Below, piece after piece: positions 44,754 through 54,496 of a DNA stretch of 57,939 nucleotides (the first letter of the stretch is position 1; the number at the start of each line of letters is the position of its first letter). The notes beneath the pieces are model-generated. The model was not told the origin of the DNA. It saw only the letters and a program-made list of their open reading frames with translations, and did no database searches. The stretch spans positions 1 through 57,939 of the forward strand of contig CANRJN010000001.1 in the NCBI GenBank assembly GCA_947630945.1. Direction: 5' to 3'. The position numbers and the translations under genes are program-made. Source of the stretch: an uncultured Bacilli bacterium (GTDB taxonomy: Bacteria; Bacillota_I; Bacilli_A; RF39; UBA660).

Positions 44754-45419
44754 TTAATTTTCCTTAGCAAATTTTACTGAGTATGCACCACTACCTACTA
44801 CTAATGATAATATTCCAAGTAAAATTATAGGAAAACTATCAGCAGTTTTAGGTGCTTCTGCTGGTGCATATTTTGCTACATCCTCAGGAGTCCATTCAGT
44901 TTTACCTTCTAAATCATTTAATGTAATTTTAGAAGGTGCAACAACAGCAGTAACTGTTTGATCATAGTCTCCATCGTTATCCCAGTCAAATTCATAAGTA
45001 TATTCTATATTTTTACTATTAGTAACTGCTTGAATTAATTTATCTTTATTAATTCCAAAATAGTAATTACCATCTGTATAGTCTTCTGGATCTCCATTAT
45101 TTACTCTAAACTTAGCATTACCTTCTTTTGGACTAACACTATCTGGTTTAGTAATATTAAATCCAAGCCAAGCATATCCAGCAGGTCTATTACCATTTTG
45201 TGCATCAGTTCCTTCTAGTATTTTTAATGTTGCTGCATCATATGTAATAGTAACATTATCTGTTTCATTTCCATCAATCTTAACTTCACCTGTTAATGTT
45301 GCTGAATCTTCACTAGATATATCTGTTACTTTACCAAAGTTAGCAGCGGCAAAAATACTAGTTGTAAAAAATACACTTACAAAGATAACCATTGCTATTG
45401 TAACAAATGTCTTTTTCAT
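44754..45419 (-). CDS. Cell-wall-sorted surface protein with APKTAD sorting signal
   Basis: Start set to MKKTFVT (ATG 45419, AGGAG 5 nt upstream). Signal peptide ends ...SIFAAA. C-terminus is APKTAD, hydrophobic FPIILLGILSLVVGSGAY, then KFAKEN. Visibly less AT-rich than its surroundings. Confidence 0.7.
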   Translation of the reverse strand: MKKTFVTIAMVIFVSVFFTTSIFAAANFGKVTDISSEDSATLTGEVKIDGNETDNVTITYDAATLKILEGTDAQNGNRPAGYAWLGFNITKPDSVSPKEGNAKFRVNNGDPEDYTDGNYYFGINKDKLIQAVTNSKNIEYTYEFDWDNDGDYDQTVTAVVAPSKITLNDLEGKTEWTPEDVAKYAPAEAPKTADSFPIILLGILSLVVGSGAYSVKFAKEN

Positions 45420-45555
45420 AGCACTCCTTTCATAATTATGAAGCAAGAAAGTAATTTTTGGTATTACCTTTCTTATCTCCTAAAATTATTGTGAGCATAT
45501 ATGAAATTATTAAAATAGTAATTTTTAACAATTAATTTGGAATAATTTGGTAAAT

Positions 45556-45585
45556 ATAAAAAAGTCACACTTTTTTATGTGACTT
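45556..45585 (-). terminator. Rho-independent terminator of the giant surface-protein gene
   Basis: aagtcaca / tgtgactt stem (45562-45585), followed by a T-run on the minus strand. Begins 3 nt after the stop. Confidence 0.6.
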
Positions 45586-45587
45586 TC

Positions 45588-48500
45588 CTATTCTATTACT
45601 TCTTCACTTTGTGTTTCTAATTCTGTATCTTCTTCTTTAACACTTTCTTTTTCATCTATTTCTTTATTTTCAAGAAGTATTTCTTCATTAGTTTGAGGTG
45701 TAACCATTTCTTCTTTCTCTTCTTCTTTATTTGAAGTATTTTCTTCTTCATTAGTTGTATCAGTATTATTTTTAACAGAATTATCTTCTCTAATATTTTC
45801 ATTTATATTTGAATTTTCTTCTGTTTTTTCATCTAAATTAATTTCTTCAATATTTTCTTCTTCATTAGGAACATTATTATTTTCTTTTAATATTTCAGTA
45901 TTAATTTCTTTATTTGTTAATTTGTTAGTATCTTTATTTTCAAATATTAATTTTTGATTAGTTTTTAAATCTAATACTTTATTAGGAATTGAAAGAGAAA
46001 TACCTGTTCCTTTTGGTTTTATTTCTACTGTTATTGCATTATTTTCAGAAACAGAATATGATGTAATATTTACAGTTAAATTAGTTATTTTAATTGTATG
46101 AGTACCTTCAACTAATCCTGTTATAAAGTCTTTTGTTACAAATCCACCTCTTGGATTTGAAATAACTTCATAATCCTTAGGATTATTATCATCTATTGTT
46201 ATTGTCATTTTAGTTGGTATAACTTCACTTCCATCAATTCCAAATGATAATTTTGCTTGATCTCCCTCTACTAATTCTTCAATGTCTTCTCCCTCTTCAT
46301 TAACTAAATCTATGTTATTTAAAGCATGCGTTCCTTGATCATAAAAGAAATGTATAAATGAAACAATATTTATTTCTTTTTTTCTTTCTGGATTTTTATT
46401 TACAATATCTCCATGATAATGATCAAAGTATGCAGAAACATTAAATCTTCTTCCTGAGTCACCAGGCTTTATATTATTAAAAGTAACTGTATAATCTTTA
46501 TTTGCTTCTAATGTATCAACTTTAAATTCTTGCCTATTAGTTGCACCATATTCAATTTTTAAATATACATTATCATTAAATGGTTGTAATATACTTACAT
46601 CATCTAAGAATTTAAATTTAAATACTATTTGCCTATCACTATATTTATTTTCAATAGTATATTCAAATTTTGGATGCCATTTTATAACATCAATTAATTT
46701 TGTACTATCATTTTCTATTTGTGTAGTAATTGGATTTGTATCTTTTGAAGCATCATTATATGTATAAGAAATTGGGTTTACTTTAATAACTGAACTTTGA
46801 TTTACTACTTGATAAGAAATTTGACATTCTGAATCATAAATATCTGTATCTTCTCTTTTTGTAGATTTTTCACATTTTATACTATATTCTTCATCTTTTG
46901 GATCAATACCAAATTGTTCATAATTTTTTCCATCTGTACTTCCATCACTTTGTCCATCAGTATCTTTATCATATTCACTAGTATGCATTTTCATTTTATC
47001 TAATATTTGATTTTCATTTAAATTAACATTTGATTCAAATTTAAATTTTATTCCAAATTCTTTATTATTTGTATGTGAATAAGGAGTTGTAAATGTCATA
47101 CTATTCTTTACATAAGTAATTTGTGCTGGAATAATTATTTTTTCACTAGATGTTGCAAGGACTTGTTCACTATAAGTTTTTCCATCAACTAAATCATAAT
47201 CAGCAATTACTTCAACTTTATAATTAACAGCGCCTTCTAATGATTTAGTAAAAGTAACTTCATCACTTTCTATTTTAATTCTTTCTATTTCTTTATCTGT
47301 GTCTTGTTTTTTAAGAACTGCAAAGTATTTTTCTTTATTTATAGTTGTATCTGTATCTGTTAACTCAATAGTTGCTTTTACTTTATTATCATTAACTACT
47401 TGTGCTGTAACTATTGCACTAGGTTCAGTTTTATTTATTATTACTGTACTCGAAGACTCCATTTTCTTTGTATATTTTGTATTAAATATAATATCAGTTA
47501 TTTTAAGTTCTGTTCTTATTTTAGGATTTGCTATTTCTATTAAATATTCATCCTCTGTATCATCTAATTTTTTAAATGTTGTTACTTCTCCATCATTTAA
47601 TTTAACACTTGTAATTTGACTATCTGTATCATTTGTAATTTTTGCTTTTAATTTAACTGTATCTTCTGTAATTTCAGTTAATTCAAATGATTTAACTTCT
47701 GGATTATAGTTTGTTATTATATTAACATTTTCATAATCATAAGTATTTACTCCAAGTGAGCCATCAAAATTATTACTTTCATCTAAATCATAATTAATTT
47801 CTACTTTAACATTATATTTACCATTCTTTAAAGTATTTATATTTACTTCACTACCATTAACAGTAAATGGTGTAGCAGAATCATCATTTATATTTGTAAA
47901 TGTTATTTTAGTAGAAGTTTTAGATGTATCTGTATCAGTTATATCTAAATTTGCATATAATCCATCTTCTTTATAATTATATGTTATGTCTTTTAATTCT
48001 GGTTTATCTTTTAATACATATACTTGTGTTTCGTTACTAACTGCTATTTCTTTATCACTTTGGTTTATATGATATATTAATGCACTTGTAGTAATTGTAT
48101 GCATACCATAACTTTCATCATTAAGAGAGTATTTTAATACTTTGTATATATCATCAGAACTACTATTATCAACATATTTTTCTTCACCATTTATTTTTAT
48201 TTTATATACTTTATTATTAGTATTATCTTCTATTTTATAAACTAATTCAAAATTACTACTTTTATTAATTACAGATGGTGCAGTTACACTAATAATTTTT
48301 GCTTCTAAATCAATATGTACAGTTGATGTTTTAGCACTAGATTGTATATCTTTTTCACCTAAATTATAATTTACTACTAATGATATAGTATAATCACCCA
48401 TCAAAGATAAATCTAAATCTTCAATTTTAAATGTACCATCTAATAAATATTCTTTTGATATAGTAGTTACATAAGGTTTACTAAAACATGGACCTGTTAT

Positions 48501-51464
48501 AGTAAGTGTACCATTAACAATTGTATCTTCACTTTCATTTTCTTGAACACTAATTTCTCCTGTTAATGTTTTTGATGATTTATCATAACTTGTACTTGAT
48601 AATTCACCAATAGTTGGCTCTGTCTTTAATACAATGACACTACATTTATTACTAAGATTAAATGTTTTATTATCAGCGTAAGTTAGTGTTGTTGCAGTAA
48701 ATTCTTTTAAACCTGATGATTCACTTGAACTAATATTAATACTTACACTATATTTATCATTTCCAAGTGGTGTAACTTCATAATCAGTACCATTAATATT
48801 TATTTTAGAAAGTTCACTATCTGTATTATCTTTTACTGTATAAGTAATTGTAACATTTTCATCTTTTCTAACATATTTAGGGTTAACACTAGCATCAGTA
48901 ATATTAGCATCAACTTCTACAATTACACTCTCTTCTCTACTAATATCTGTCTTTGTTATTCCATTTCCTAAATCATATATTAATGTTAATGTAACTTCAT
49001 AATTTCCTGCTTTTCTAACTTCATTATCTTTAAATTTTAAAGATTTAAATTCATCAGAAGTAATTGTTTTAGTAACTCCATTAATAGTATATTTTGCACC
49101 AACTACTGCACTATCTTCATCATTTAATGTAAATTCTCCATATATTTGTCCACCTAATGCAGATAATGTAAATGAATTAATACTTGGTACTAATTTTAAT
49201 ATATCTACTACTATATCATTATTAACATTAATTTCTTCTTTTGAATAAGATAATTTTGTTACTTTTAAAGTACGAGTAAGTCCACTACCATTTTCTGGAA
49301 CATCTACATTAACTTTATAAGTACCATCTGATTGTTTTTCTACATTATATACTTTATTATCAATTGTAATACTTTGCACATCTTCATCTGTATTAGATTC
49401 AATTGTAAAGTATACATCTGCTTTACTACCACGAGCAACTTTTTCATCTTGTACTTTAATTGATTTAATAGTTGATACTATATTTTGATAAATTTTATCA
49501 GGACTTAATTTTTCTTTATTTAATTCTTTTTCATCACCTAAATCATAATTAACTACAAGAGTTACAGAATAATATCCAGATTTATCTAAACTTAAATCTT
49601 TAACAAAATTACCATTTAATAAATCCTCTTTTGTAAGTTCAACTGTCTTTTTAATAGAACCATTATCAATAATTAATAATCCAGATTTTATAGTATCATC
49701 CGTGTCAGTTAATTTTACATTTCCTGAAATTTTATTATCATTATAAGTAACTGTAAAATCATCTATATTAACTTCATCCTTTAAATAGATATAATCTATT
49801 TTATAATCACATGGTATAGTTTTAATAATTCCACTTTCAGTAGTTACTTTTACATTAGTAATATTTATTTGACATTTACCTTTATTTTTACATTTTTCTA
49901 TATTGTTTACTGAATAAATATTAGTTTCATTATCTTTAATTAAATCATATTCTTTATTATCAATAGTTATTTTTTCTAAATCTTTATATGAATATTCACC
50001 ATTTTTAAATGATAAATTTAAACTATCATCTTTTGTAACTATATCAGTTATTTTTTCATCTATTAATTTAAAATTATATTCTCTTTCAAATGTTTCTTTC
50101 TTTTCTTCTTTTTCTTCAAATGAGTAAGTAGTATCTTTACTATTTTCATTTAAATTATATTCAAGTGTTATTACTAAATCATAACTCATACCTTCTTTTA
50201 ATTTTGGTACTTCAAATGTATTATGACCACTTTTTATAATATCTTCTTCTAATAATATATTAGAATCATTTATATTTGTAATATCATTACTTATTATTTT
50301 TGTAAAAGCACTTATTAGTTGATTATTTATAACTTCACTCATAACTACTTTTCCTGATACAAAAGTATTATCAACATCTTCTATATCAAAACTTAAAACA
50401 GGTATTTCTTGTCTTTTATCAATATTAATATTTTCAATACTTGGAGCAGTTTTTAATACATATATTTCTATATCTTTATTTGTTACTTTAATTTTTTTAC
50501 CATTTTTAAGAATAACATTTGTTATTGTATATTTTTGATTTCCATATTTATTAGGAGTAGATACAATAACTTGATATTTGTTTCCTACTTTTTTAACATT
50601 ATAAGTTTTATTATTTATAACAACAGATTTAATATCTTTATAAGGTGTTACATCAACAGAAAATAATATAATTACTTCATTATTCTTTTCAATAACTTTT
50701 GTATCTGTATCAAAACTTTTAAGATTTACTTTATAAGAAACACTTTTAGTTGTAGTTTCTTTTGTATCTTCAATGACTACATCGTTATTATCATTTTCAT
50801 TATTTTCATTATTTTCATTATTTCCTTCACTATTTTCTGGATTGTTTTCTTCATTATCATCATTATCTTCAATTGTATTATTTTTATCTATTAATAATGT
50901 ATAATTAACTTCATCTTTTTTACCAAAATTAACATTAAGATTGAAAATACATAATATTAAAAATACAATTGCTAATATAGATGTAATTGATATAACAATA
51001 GTTTGTTCTTTTTTAAGTTCTAATTTATTTTTATTATAATAAATAAGTGTAAATATTATTAAACATACAAATATAATTGCATAAATTACCCAAATGTTTG
51101 AACTATATATGTATATATTACGAGAGTAAGTTTGATTTCCATAATTTACTGTAACCTTAGTTATTCCTTTTTTAGCAGTATCTTTTAATTTTAAATTTAT
51201 TTGTACACTACTTTTATCATTTAAATGAAAAGTATTATTTTCAAATGAATTTACTTGTGCATTTTTTAAATTACTTGCATCAATTTCTTCAAATATATTT
51301 TTATCATAAATAATTTCAATATTTCCATCATATGGTTCAATAAAAATATCTAAATTTTCTCCTTTATTAATTTTATTACTACTAACATTAAAATCTAATT
51401 CTTCTGCATTTATAATCATAAATGAACAAAAGAATAATAAAATTCCCATTAATATTTTTTTCAT
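45588..51464 (-). CDS. Giant (1958 aa) membrane-anchored repeat surface protein (adhesin-like)
   Basis: Start set to ATG 51464 (GAGG 9 nt upstream). Signal peptide, ~100-aa domain, two TM helices, Asn/Glu-rich linker, then >12 beta-rich modules. Recurring boundaries are VLKTAPSIENI, ILKLVPSINSF, VLKTEPTIGEL, VLKDKPELKDI and INKTEPSAIVT. Acidic E/N-rich C-terminal tail, no C-terminal sorting signal. Confidence 0.75.
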   Translation of the reverse strand: MKKILMGILLFFCSFMIINAEELDFNVSSNKINKGENLDIFIEPYDGNIEIIYDKNIFEEIDASNLKNAQVNSFENNTFHLNDKSSVQINLKLKDTAKKGITKVTVNYGNQTYSRNIYIYSSNIWVIYAIIFVCLIIFTLIYYNKNKLELKKEQTIVISITSILAIVFLILCIFNLNVNFGKKDEVNYTLLIDKNNTIEDNDDNEENNPENSEGNNENNENNENDNNDVVIEDTKETTTKSVSYKVNLKSFDTDTKVIEKNNEVIILFSVDVTPYKDIKSVVINNKTYNVKKVGNKYQVIVSTPNKYGNQKYTITNVILKNGKKIKVTNKDIEIYVLKTAPSIENINIDKRQEIPVLSFDIEDVDNTFVSGKVVMSEVINNQLISAFTKIISNDITNINDSNILLEEDIIKSGHNTFEVPKLKEGMSYDLVITLEYNLNENSKDTTYSFEEKEEKKETFEREYNFKLIDEKITDIVTKDDSLNLSFKNGEYSYKDLEKITIDNKEYDLIKDNETNIYSVNNIEKCKNKGKCQINITNVKVTTESGIIKTIPCDYKIDYIYLKDEVNIDDFTVTYNDNKISGNVKLTDTDDTIKSGLLIIDNGSIKKTVELTKEDLLNGNFVKDLSLDKSGYYSVTLVVNYDLGDEKELNKEKLSPDKIYQNIVSTIKSIKVQDEKVARGSKADVYFTIESNTDEDVQSITIDNKVYNVEKQSDGTYKVNVDVPENGSGLTRTLKVTKLSYSKEEINVNNDIVVDILKLVPSINSFTLSALGGQIYGEFTLNDEDSAVVGAKYTINGVTKTITSDEFKSLKFKDNEVRKAGNYEVTLTLIYDLGNGITKTDISREESVIVEVDANITDASVNPKYVRKDENVTITYTVKDNTDSELSKININGTDYEVTPLGNDKYSVSINISSSESSGLKEFTATTLTYADNKTFNLSNKCSVIVLKTEPTIGELSSTSYDKSSKTLTGEISVQENESEDTIVNGTLTITGPCFSKPYVTTISKEYLLDGTFKIEDLDLSLMGDYTISLVVNYNLGEKDIQSSAKTSTVHIDLEAKIISVTAPSVINKSSNFELVYKIEDNTNNKVYKIKINGEEKYVDNSSSDDIYKVLKYSLNDESYGMHTITTSALIYHINQSDKEIAVSNETQVYVLKDKPELKDITYNYKEDGLYANLDITDTDTSKTSTKITFTNINDDSATPFTVNGSEVNINTLKNGKYNVKVEINYDLDESNNFDGSLGVNTYDYENVNIITNYNPEVKSFELTEITEDTVKLKAKITNDTDSQITSVKLNDGEVTTFKKLDDTEDEYLIEIANPKIRTELKITDIIFNTKYTKKMESSSTVIINKTEPSAIVTAQVVNDNKVKATIELTDTDTTINKEKYFAVLKKQDTDKEIERIKIESDEVTFTKSLEGAVNYKVEVIADYDLVDGKTYSEQVLATSSEKIIIPAQITYVKNSMTFTTPYSHTNNKEFGIKFKFESNVNLNENQILDKMKMHTSEYDKDTDGQSDGSTDGKNYEQFGIDPKDEEYSIKCEKSTKREDTDIYDSECQISYQVVNQSSVIKVNPISYTYNDASKDTNPITTQIENDSTKLIDVIKWHPKFEYTIENKYSDRQIVFKFKFLDDVSILQPFNDNVYLKIEYGATNRQEFKVDTLEANKDYTVTFNNIKPGDSGRRFNVSAYFDHYHGDIVNKNPERKKEINIVSFIHFFYDQGTHALNNIDLVNEEGEDIEELVEGDQAKLSFGIDGSEVIPTKMTITIDDNNPKDYEVISNPRGGFVTKDFITGLVEGTHTIKITNLTVNITSYSVSENNAITVEIKPKGTGISLSIPNKVLDLKTNQKLIFENKDTNKLTNKEINTEILKENNNVPNEEENIEEINLDEKTEENSNINENIREDNSVKNNTDTTNEEENTSNKEEEKEEMVTPQTNEEILLENKEIDEKESVKEEDTELETQSEEVIE

Positions 51465-51586
51465 AAACACTACCTCTCAAACTCTTTAAATTTACTTTAT
51501 TTTAACATATTTCTTATAGAAAAGATATAGTTAATTTAATTTTATGCAAGAAATAAATGGAAAAAAGAATTAAATTAAAAGTTATT

Positions 51587-52198
51587 TTACTTTTTCTTTA
51601 ATTCTTCTATTAATTTATAAATTTCAGTATAAGGACTTGATTCTAAACTTTGTAGTTTAGTATTATTTTTAATATGCTCTTTTTCTAATTTTTTTGCATT
51701 TTTTATGGCTTCTTCTGTTTTGGACTTAATGTCTTTATAAATATTGTAATTTTTCTTATAATGAGAATTATATCGTTTTAATCTATTTATTACTTCATTA
51801 TTACTCATTTTAGAAGTCGTATATTCATAATGTAATAAAAACCAAACTTCTACACAAGGATTAGAAACAATTGGAATTATATTATTTTCATTAGCAATTT
51901 TAATTGCCTCTTCAATTGATTTTTCTTTATTTTCATCTACATCTGTATCAAAAATACAATATGCTTTATCATAAGTTAAATCTAATCCTGAATCTTTTAC
52001 TTTTTTTATTGTTTGATTTACTAAATTAATTGGATCAGTTTCATTTCCAGGAACTATTTGTATATTATAATTATTATCTCTATCTATATAATTATTTAAG
52101 TAATTGTTTTCTGTTTTATTTTTCCCTTCAAAAGATACTAATATTACTCTTTTTGTTTTACGATTTTGTTTTCCTCTTAATCTATCATTCATAATCAC
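51587..52198 (-). CDS. RloB-like Toprim-type protein (AbiLii-like), cassette 3
   Basis: 203 aa. VILVSFEGKNKTENNYLNNY, CIFDTDVDEN and IVSNPCVEVWFLLHY give a textbook RloB pattern. Its start abuts the ATPase stop. Confidence 0.8.
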   Translation of the reverse strand: MIMNDRLRGKQNRKTKRVILVSFEGKNKTENNYLNNYIDRDNNYNIQIVPGNETDPINLVNQTIKKVKDSGLDLTYDKAYCIFDTDVDENKEKSIEEAIKIANENNIIPIVSNPCVEVWFLLHYEYTTSKMSNNEVINRLKRYNSHYKKNYNIYKDIKSKTEEAIKNAKKLEKEHIKNNTKLQSLESSPYTEIYKLIEELKKK

Positions 52199-53440
52199 TT
52201 ATTCCATAAATTTTTCATAATTAAATGTTAAGAAGGGAATTGCGCCGTATCTACCTAATAAATACCCTCTTTCTATATTTTCTGTATTTCTTACAGAAAA
52301 ATCATCCAAAGGATATATTTCACTAGATCCATCTTTATAATTTTTTTCAGTAAACCATATTTGATCTCTTCTTAATATATCAAGATTAAGTAAATTAGTA
52401 TCATTTGTATTAAATATTAATTGTGCACCTTTTTTATTTATATTTGAATTATTAAAGAAATTAACCAAATATTTCACAATAAATGGATGCAAGCTTCTAT
52501 CAAATTCATCTATTATTAAAACTTTTCCATTATCTAAAACATCTTTTATAACAGGAATAAAAGAAAATATAATTTGTGTACCTAATGATTCTTCTGATAT
52601 ATCAAATTCAAATTCTTTATTTTGAATTATATGTTTAGTATTAACTTTATAAAATTCTGCATTACTAGGAACAAAATTTTTAATTAAATTTGGAAGAGAT
52701 TTATAAGTATCTTCATTTAAATTTTCTTTTACTATACTATAACCTGTAACATTAAAATCTGCTTCTTTTAAAAATTTTAAAGCAAATTTTTCTAAATTTT
52801 TATTTTCATCATCAAAATATCTATTATATGAATAATTTTTTAATTGCTCAAAATTAAGAACTACTCCTAATTTATCAGTTAAAAAATTATATGCAGGTAT
52901 TACTTTATCATAATTCCAATTAGTAGCAGTAGAAAGAAAAAATTTATTATTTGTATTTTTATCTTTTATATCTTTTAGAAATTTTTTATCATTAGCAAAA
53001 GAATATTCATTTATATTACTACGTTTGAATATATTAACTGGTCTTCCATTTGGATAATTAATTAAATATTCTTCATAAATATTATTTTTATCTGCTTTAA
53101 ATCCATATAAATATCTTGTTTTATTTACAATAAATTTGATTTCAAATTCACTTGGTTTATTTGATGATTTTTTATCTAATTTAAATGGTATAATTGGTAG
53201 TACCATATCAGGGGTTAAAAAATTTGAATTTCTTATCATTTGACTTACAAGAGCAAGTATTTTAAATAAATTACTTTTTCCTGATGCATTTGCACCATAT
53301 ATTGCTGTCATTTTTAATATTTTATCATTTTTAATATTTATATAATTATCTTTCAATAAATTATCACTAGATGCTAACATTGAAAATGTATTCTTATTTT
53401 TAAAAGAAAAAAAATTAGCCACACTAAATTCAATTAACAT
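52199..53440 (-). CDS. ABC/AAA_21-type ATPase (AbiLi/RloA-like), cassette 3
   Basis: 413 aa. MLIEFSVANFFSFKNK, IYGANASGKSNLFK, LIIDEFDRSLHP, RRDQIWFTEKN...GRYGAIPFL. Clearly a paralog of 32778..34046. Confidence 0.8.
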   Translation of the reverse strand: MLIEFSVANFFSFKNKNTFSMLASSDNLLKDNYINIKNDKILKMTAIYGANASGKSNLFKILALVSQMIRNSNFLTPDMVLPIIPFKLDKKSSNKPSEFEIKFIVNKTRYLYGFKADKNNIYEEYLINYPNGRPVNIFKRSNINEYSFANDKKFLKDIKDKNTNNKFFLSTATNWNYDKVIPAYNFLTDKLGVVLNFEQLKNYSYNRYFDDENKNLEKFALKFLKEADFNVTGYSIVKENLNEDTYKSLPNLIKNFVPSNAEFYKVNTKHIIQNKEFEFDISEESLGTQIIFSFIPVIKDVLDNGKVLIIDEFDRSLHPFIVKYLVNFFNNSNINKKGAQLIFNTNDTNLLNLDILRRDQIWFTEKNYKDGSSEIYPLDDFSVRNTENIERGYLLGRYGAIPFLTFNYEKFME

Positions 53441-53559
53441 ATAACATCACTCCTTAAAGATATTATATGCATTTTTTAAATCAAAATCAATGATTTTTAA
53501 GAATTATTATTAATTTTTTGCACATTTTCTGCAAATTTTACATTTTAATTTTGAAATTA

Positions 53560-54288
53560 TTACCATTCAATAATTTCTGGATATCCTTCGTAATGTAAGA
53601 AATCTATTGTAGAATTTGATTTTTTACACTCGTTTTCAATATCTTCTTTTAATTCAAAATAACTTTTATATAAATAATAATCATATATAGCATGAACTAT
53701 ATGCATGAACTCTTTTTTTCTTGATTTTTTAGTCATATTAGCATAATCAATTGAAATTATTTCAAACCATTGTGGAATAAAAGTTGATTCTACTATATAA
53801 GAATCTTTTAAACCTCTTTTAACTTTATTAAACTGAATTTCAGTAAGAAAACCTTGTAGTGTTTGTAAAACAATTGAATAAAAATAATTTACCATATTTA
53901 TATAATAGTTATATTCATCTCTATATTTTTTATTTACCTTATTTATAAAATGTTTAATTAAAATCATATCTAAAATTAAATCTGGTAATAAGTAATTAAA
54001 TTTAAAATATAAATTTTTGTTAGTTATATCTTTATGCTTTAATCCATATTCCTTCATCATATAATCATCTAAACTATTATCATTTAACTCGATATCTCTT
54101 TGTCCTTGATAAGCATGTCTTACATCATATAAAAATCCATATAAATGATTTTTCATTATATCTTCTTCTATACTATTTGCATCTCCAATTATTAAATAAT
54201 TTATAGAATCATATAAATAATTTAAATCATCATAATCTCCACTAATTGTAACTCCTGCATAATTTGGTGTTAATTGTACTTTTAACAT
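53560..54288 (-). CDS. Hypothetical protein upstream of cassette 3
   Basis: 242 aa ORF on the same strand, 119 nt upstream of the ATPase. No convincing minus-strand terminator in between and no recognisable motif. Confidence 0.5.
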   Translation of the reverse strand: MLKVQLTPNYAGVTISGDYDDLNYLYDSINYLIIGDANSIEEDIMKNHLYGFLYDVRHAYQGQRDIELNDNSLDDYMMKEYGLKHKDITNKNLYFKFNYLLPDLILDMILIKHFINKVNKKYRDEYNYYINMVNYFYSIVLQTLQGFLTEIQFNKVKRGLKDSYIVESTFIPQWFEIISIDYANMTKKSRKKEFMHIVHAIYDYYLYKSYFELKEDIENECKKSNSTIDFLHYEGYPEIIEW

Positions 54289-54496
54289 AATTTCTACTCC
54301 TCATAATCAATGTATTTTATACAAATCAAGTATTTGAATTGTATTTGTATAAACATACAACGTTTTTTTATTTAATATATTTTAGCATAATTTACATAAA
54401 AATCATATATTTTTTAATTTATATATTAAAAAGTATGATTAAGCAATAAATAAGTATAAGTTTTTTTATAAATCATATATTTTAATGGGTGATTTA

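Noticed and set aside
47299-47619. 106-aa plus-strand ORF
   Set aside because: Antisense within the giant surface-protein gene.
51100-51464. Cohesin-like assignment for the first domain of the giant protein
   Set aside because: It rests only on a faint '...IIYDKNIF...' resemblance. That is not enough to call without a profile search.
45588-51464. Giant protein as a polymorphic toxin (RHS/LXG/CDI-type), with the downstream small unknowns as immunity genes
   Set aside because: I recognised no toxin-delivery motifs (LXG, RHS/YD, PT-TG, VENN) and no C-terminal toxin domain. The C-terminus is an acidic low-complexity tail.
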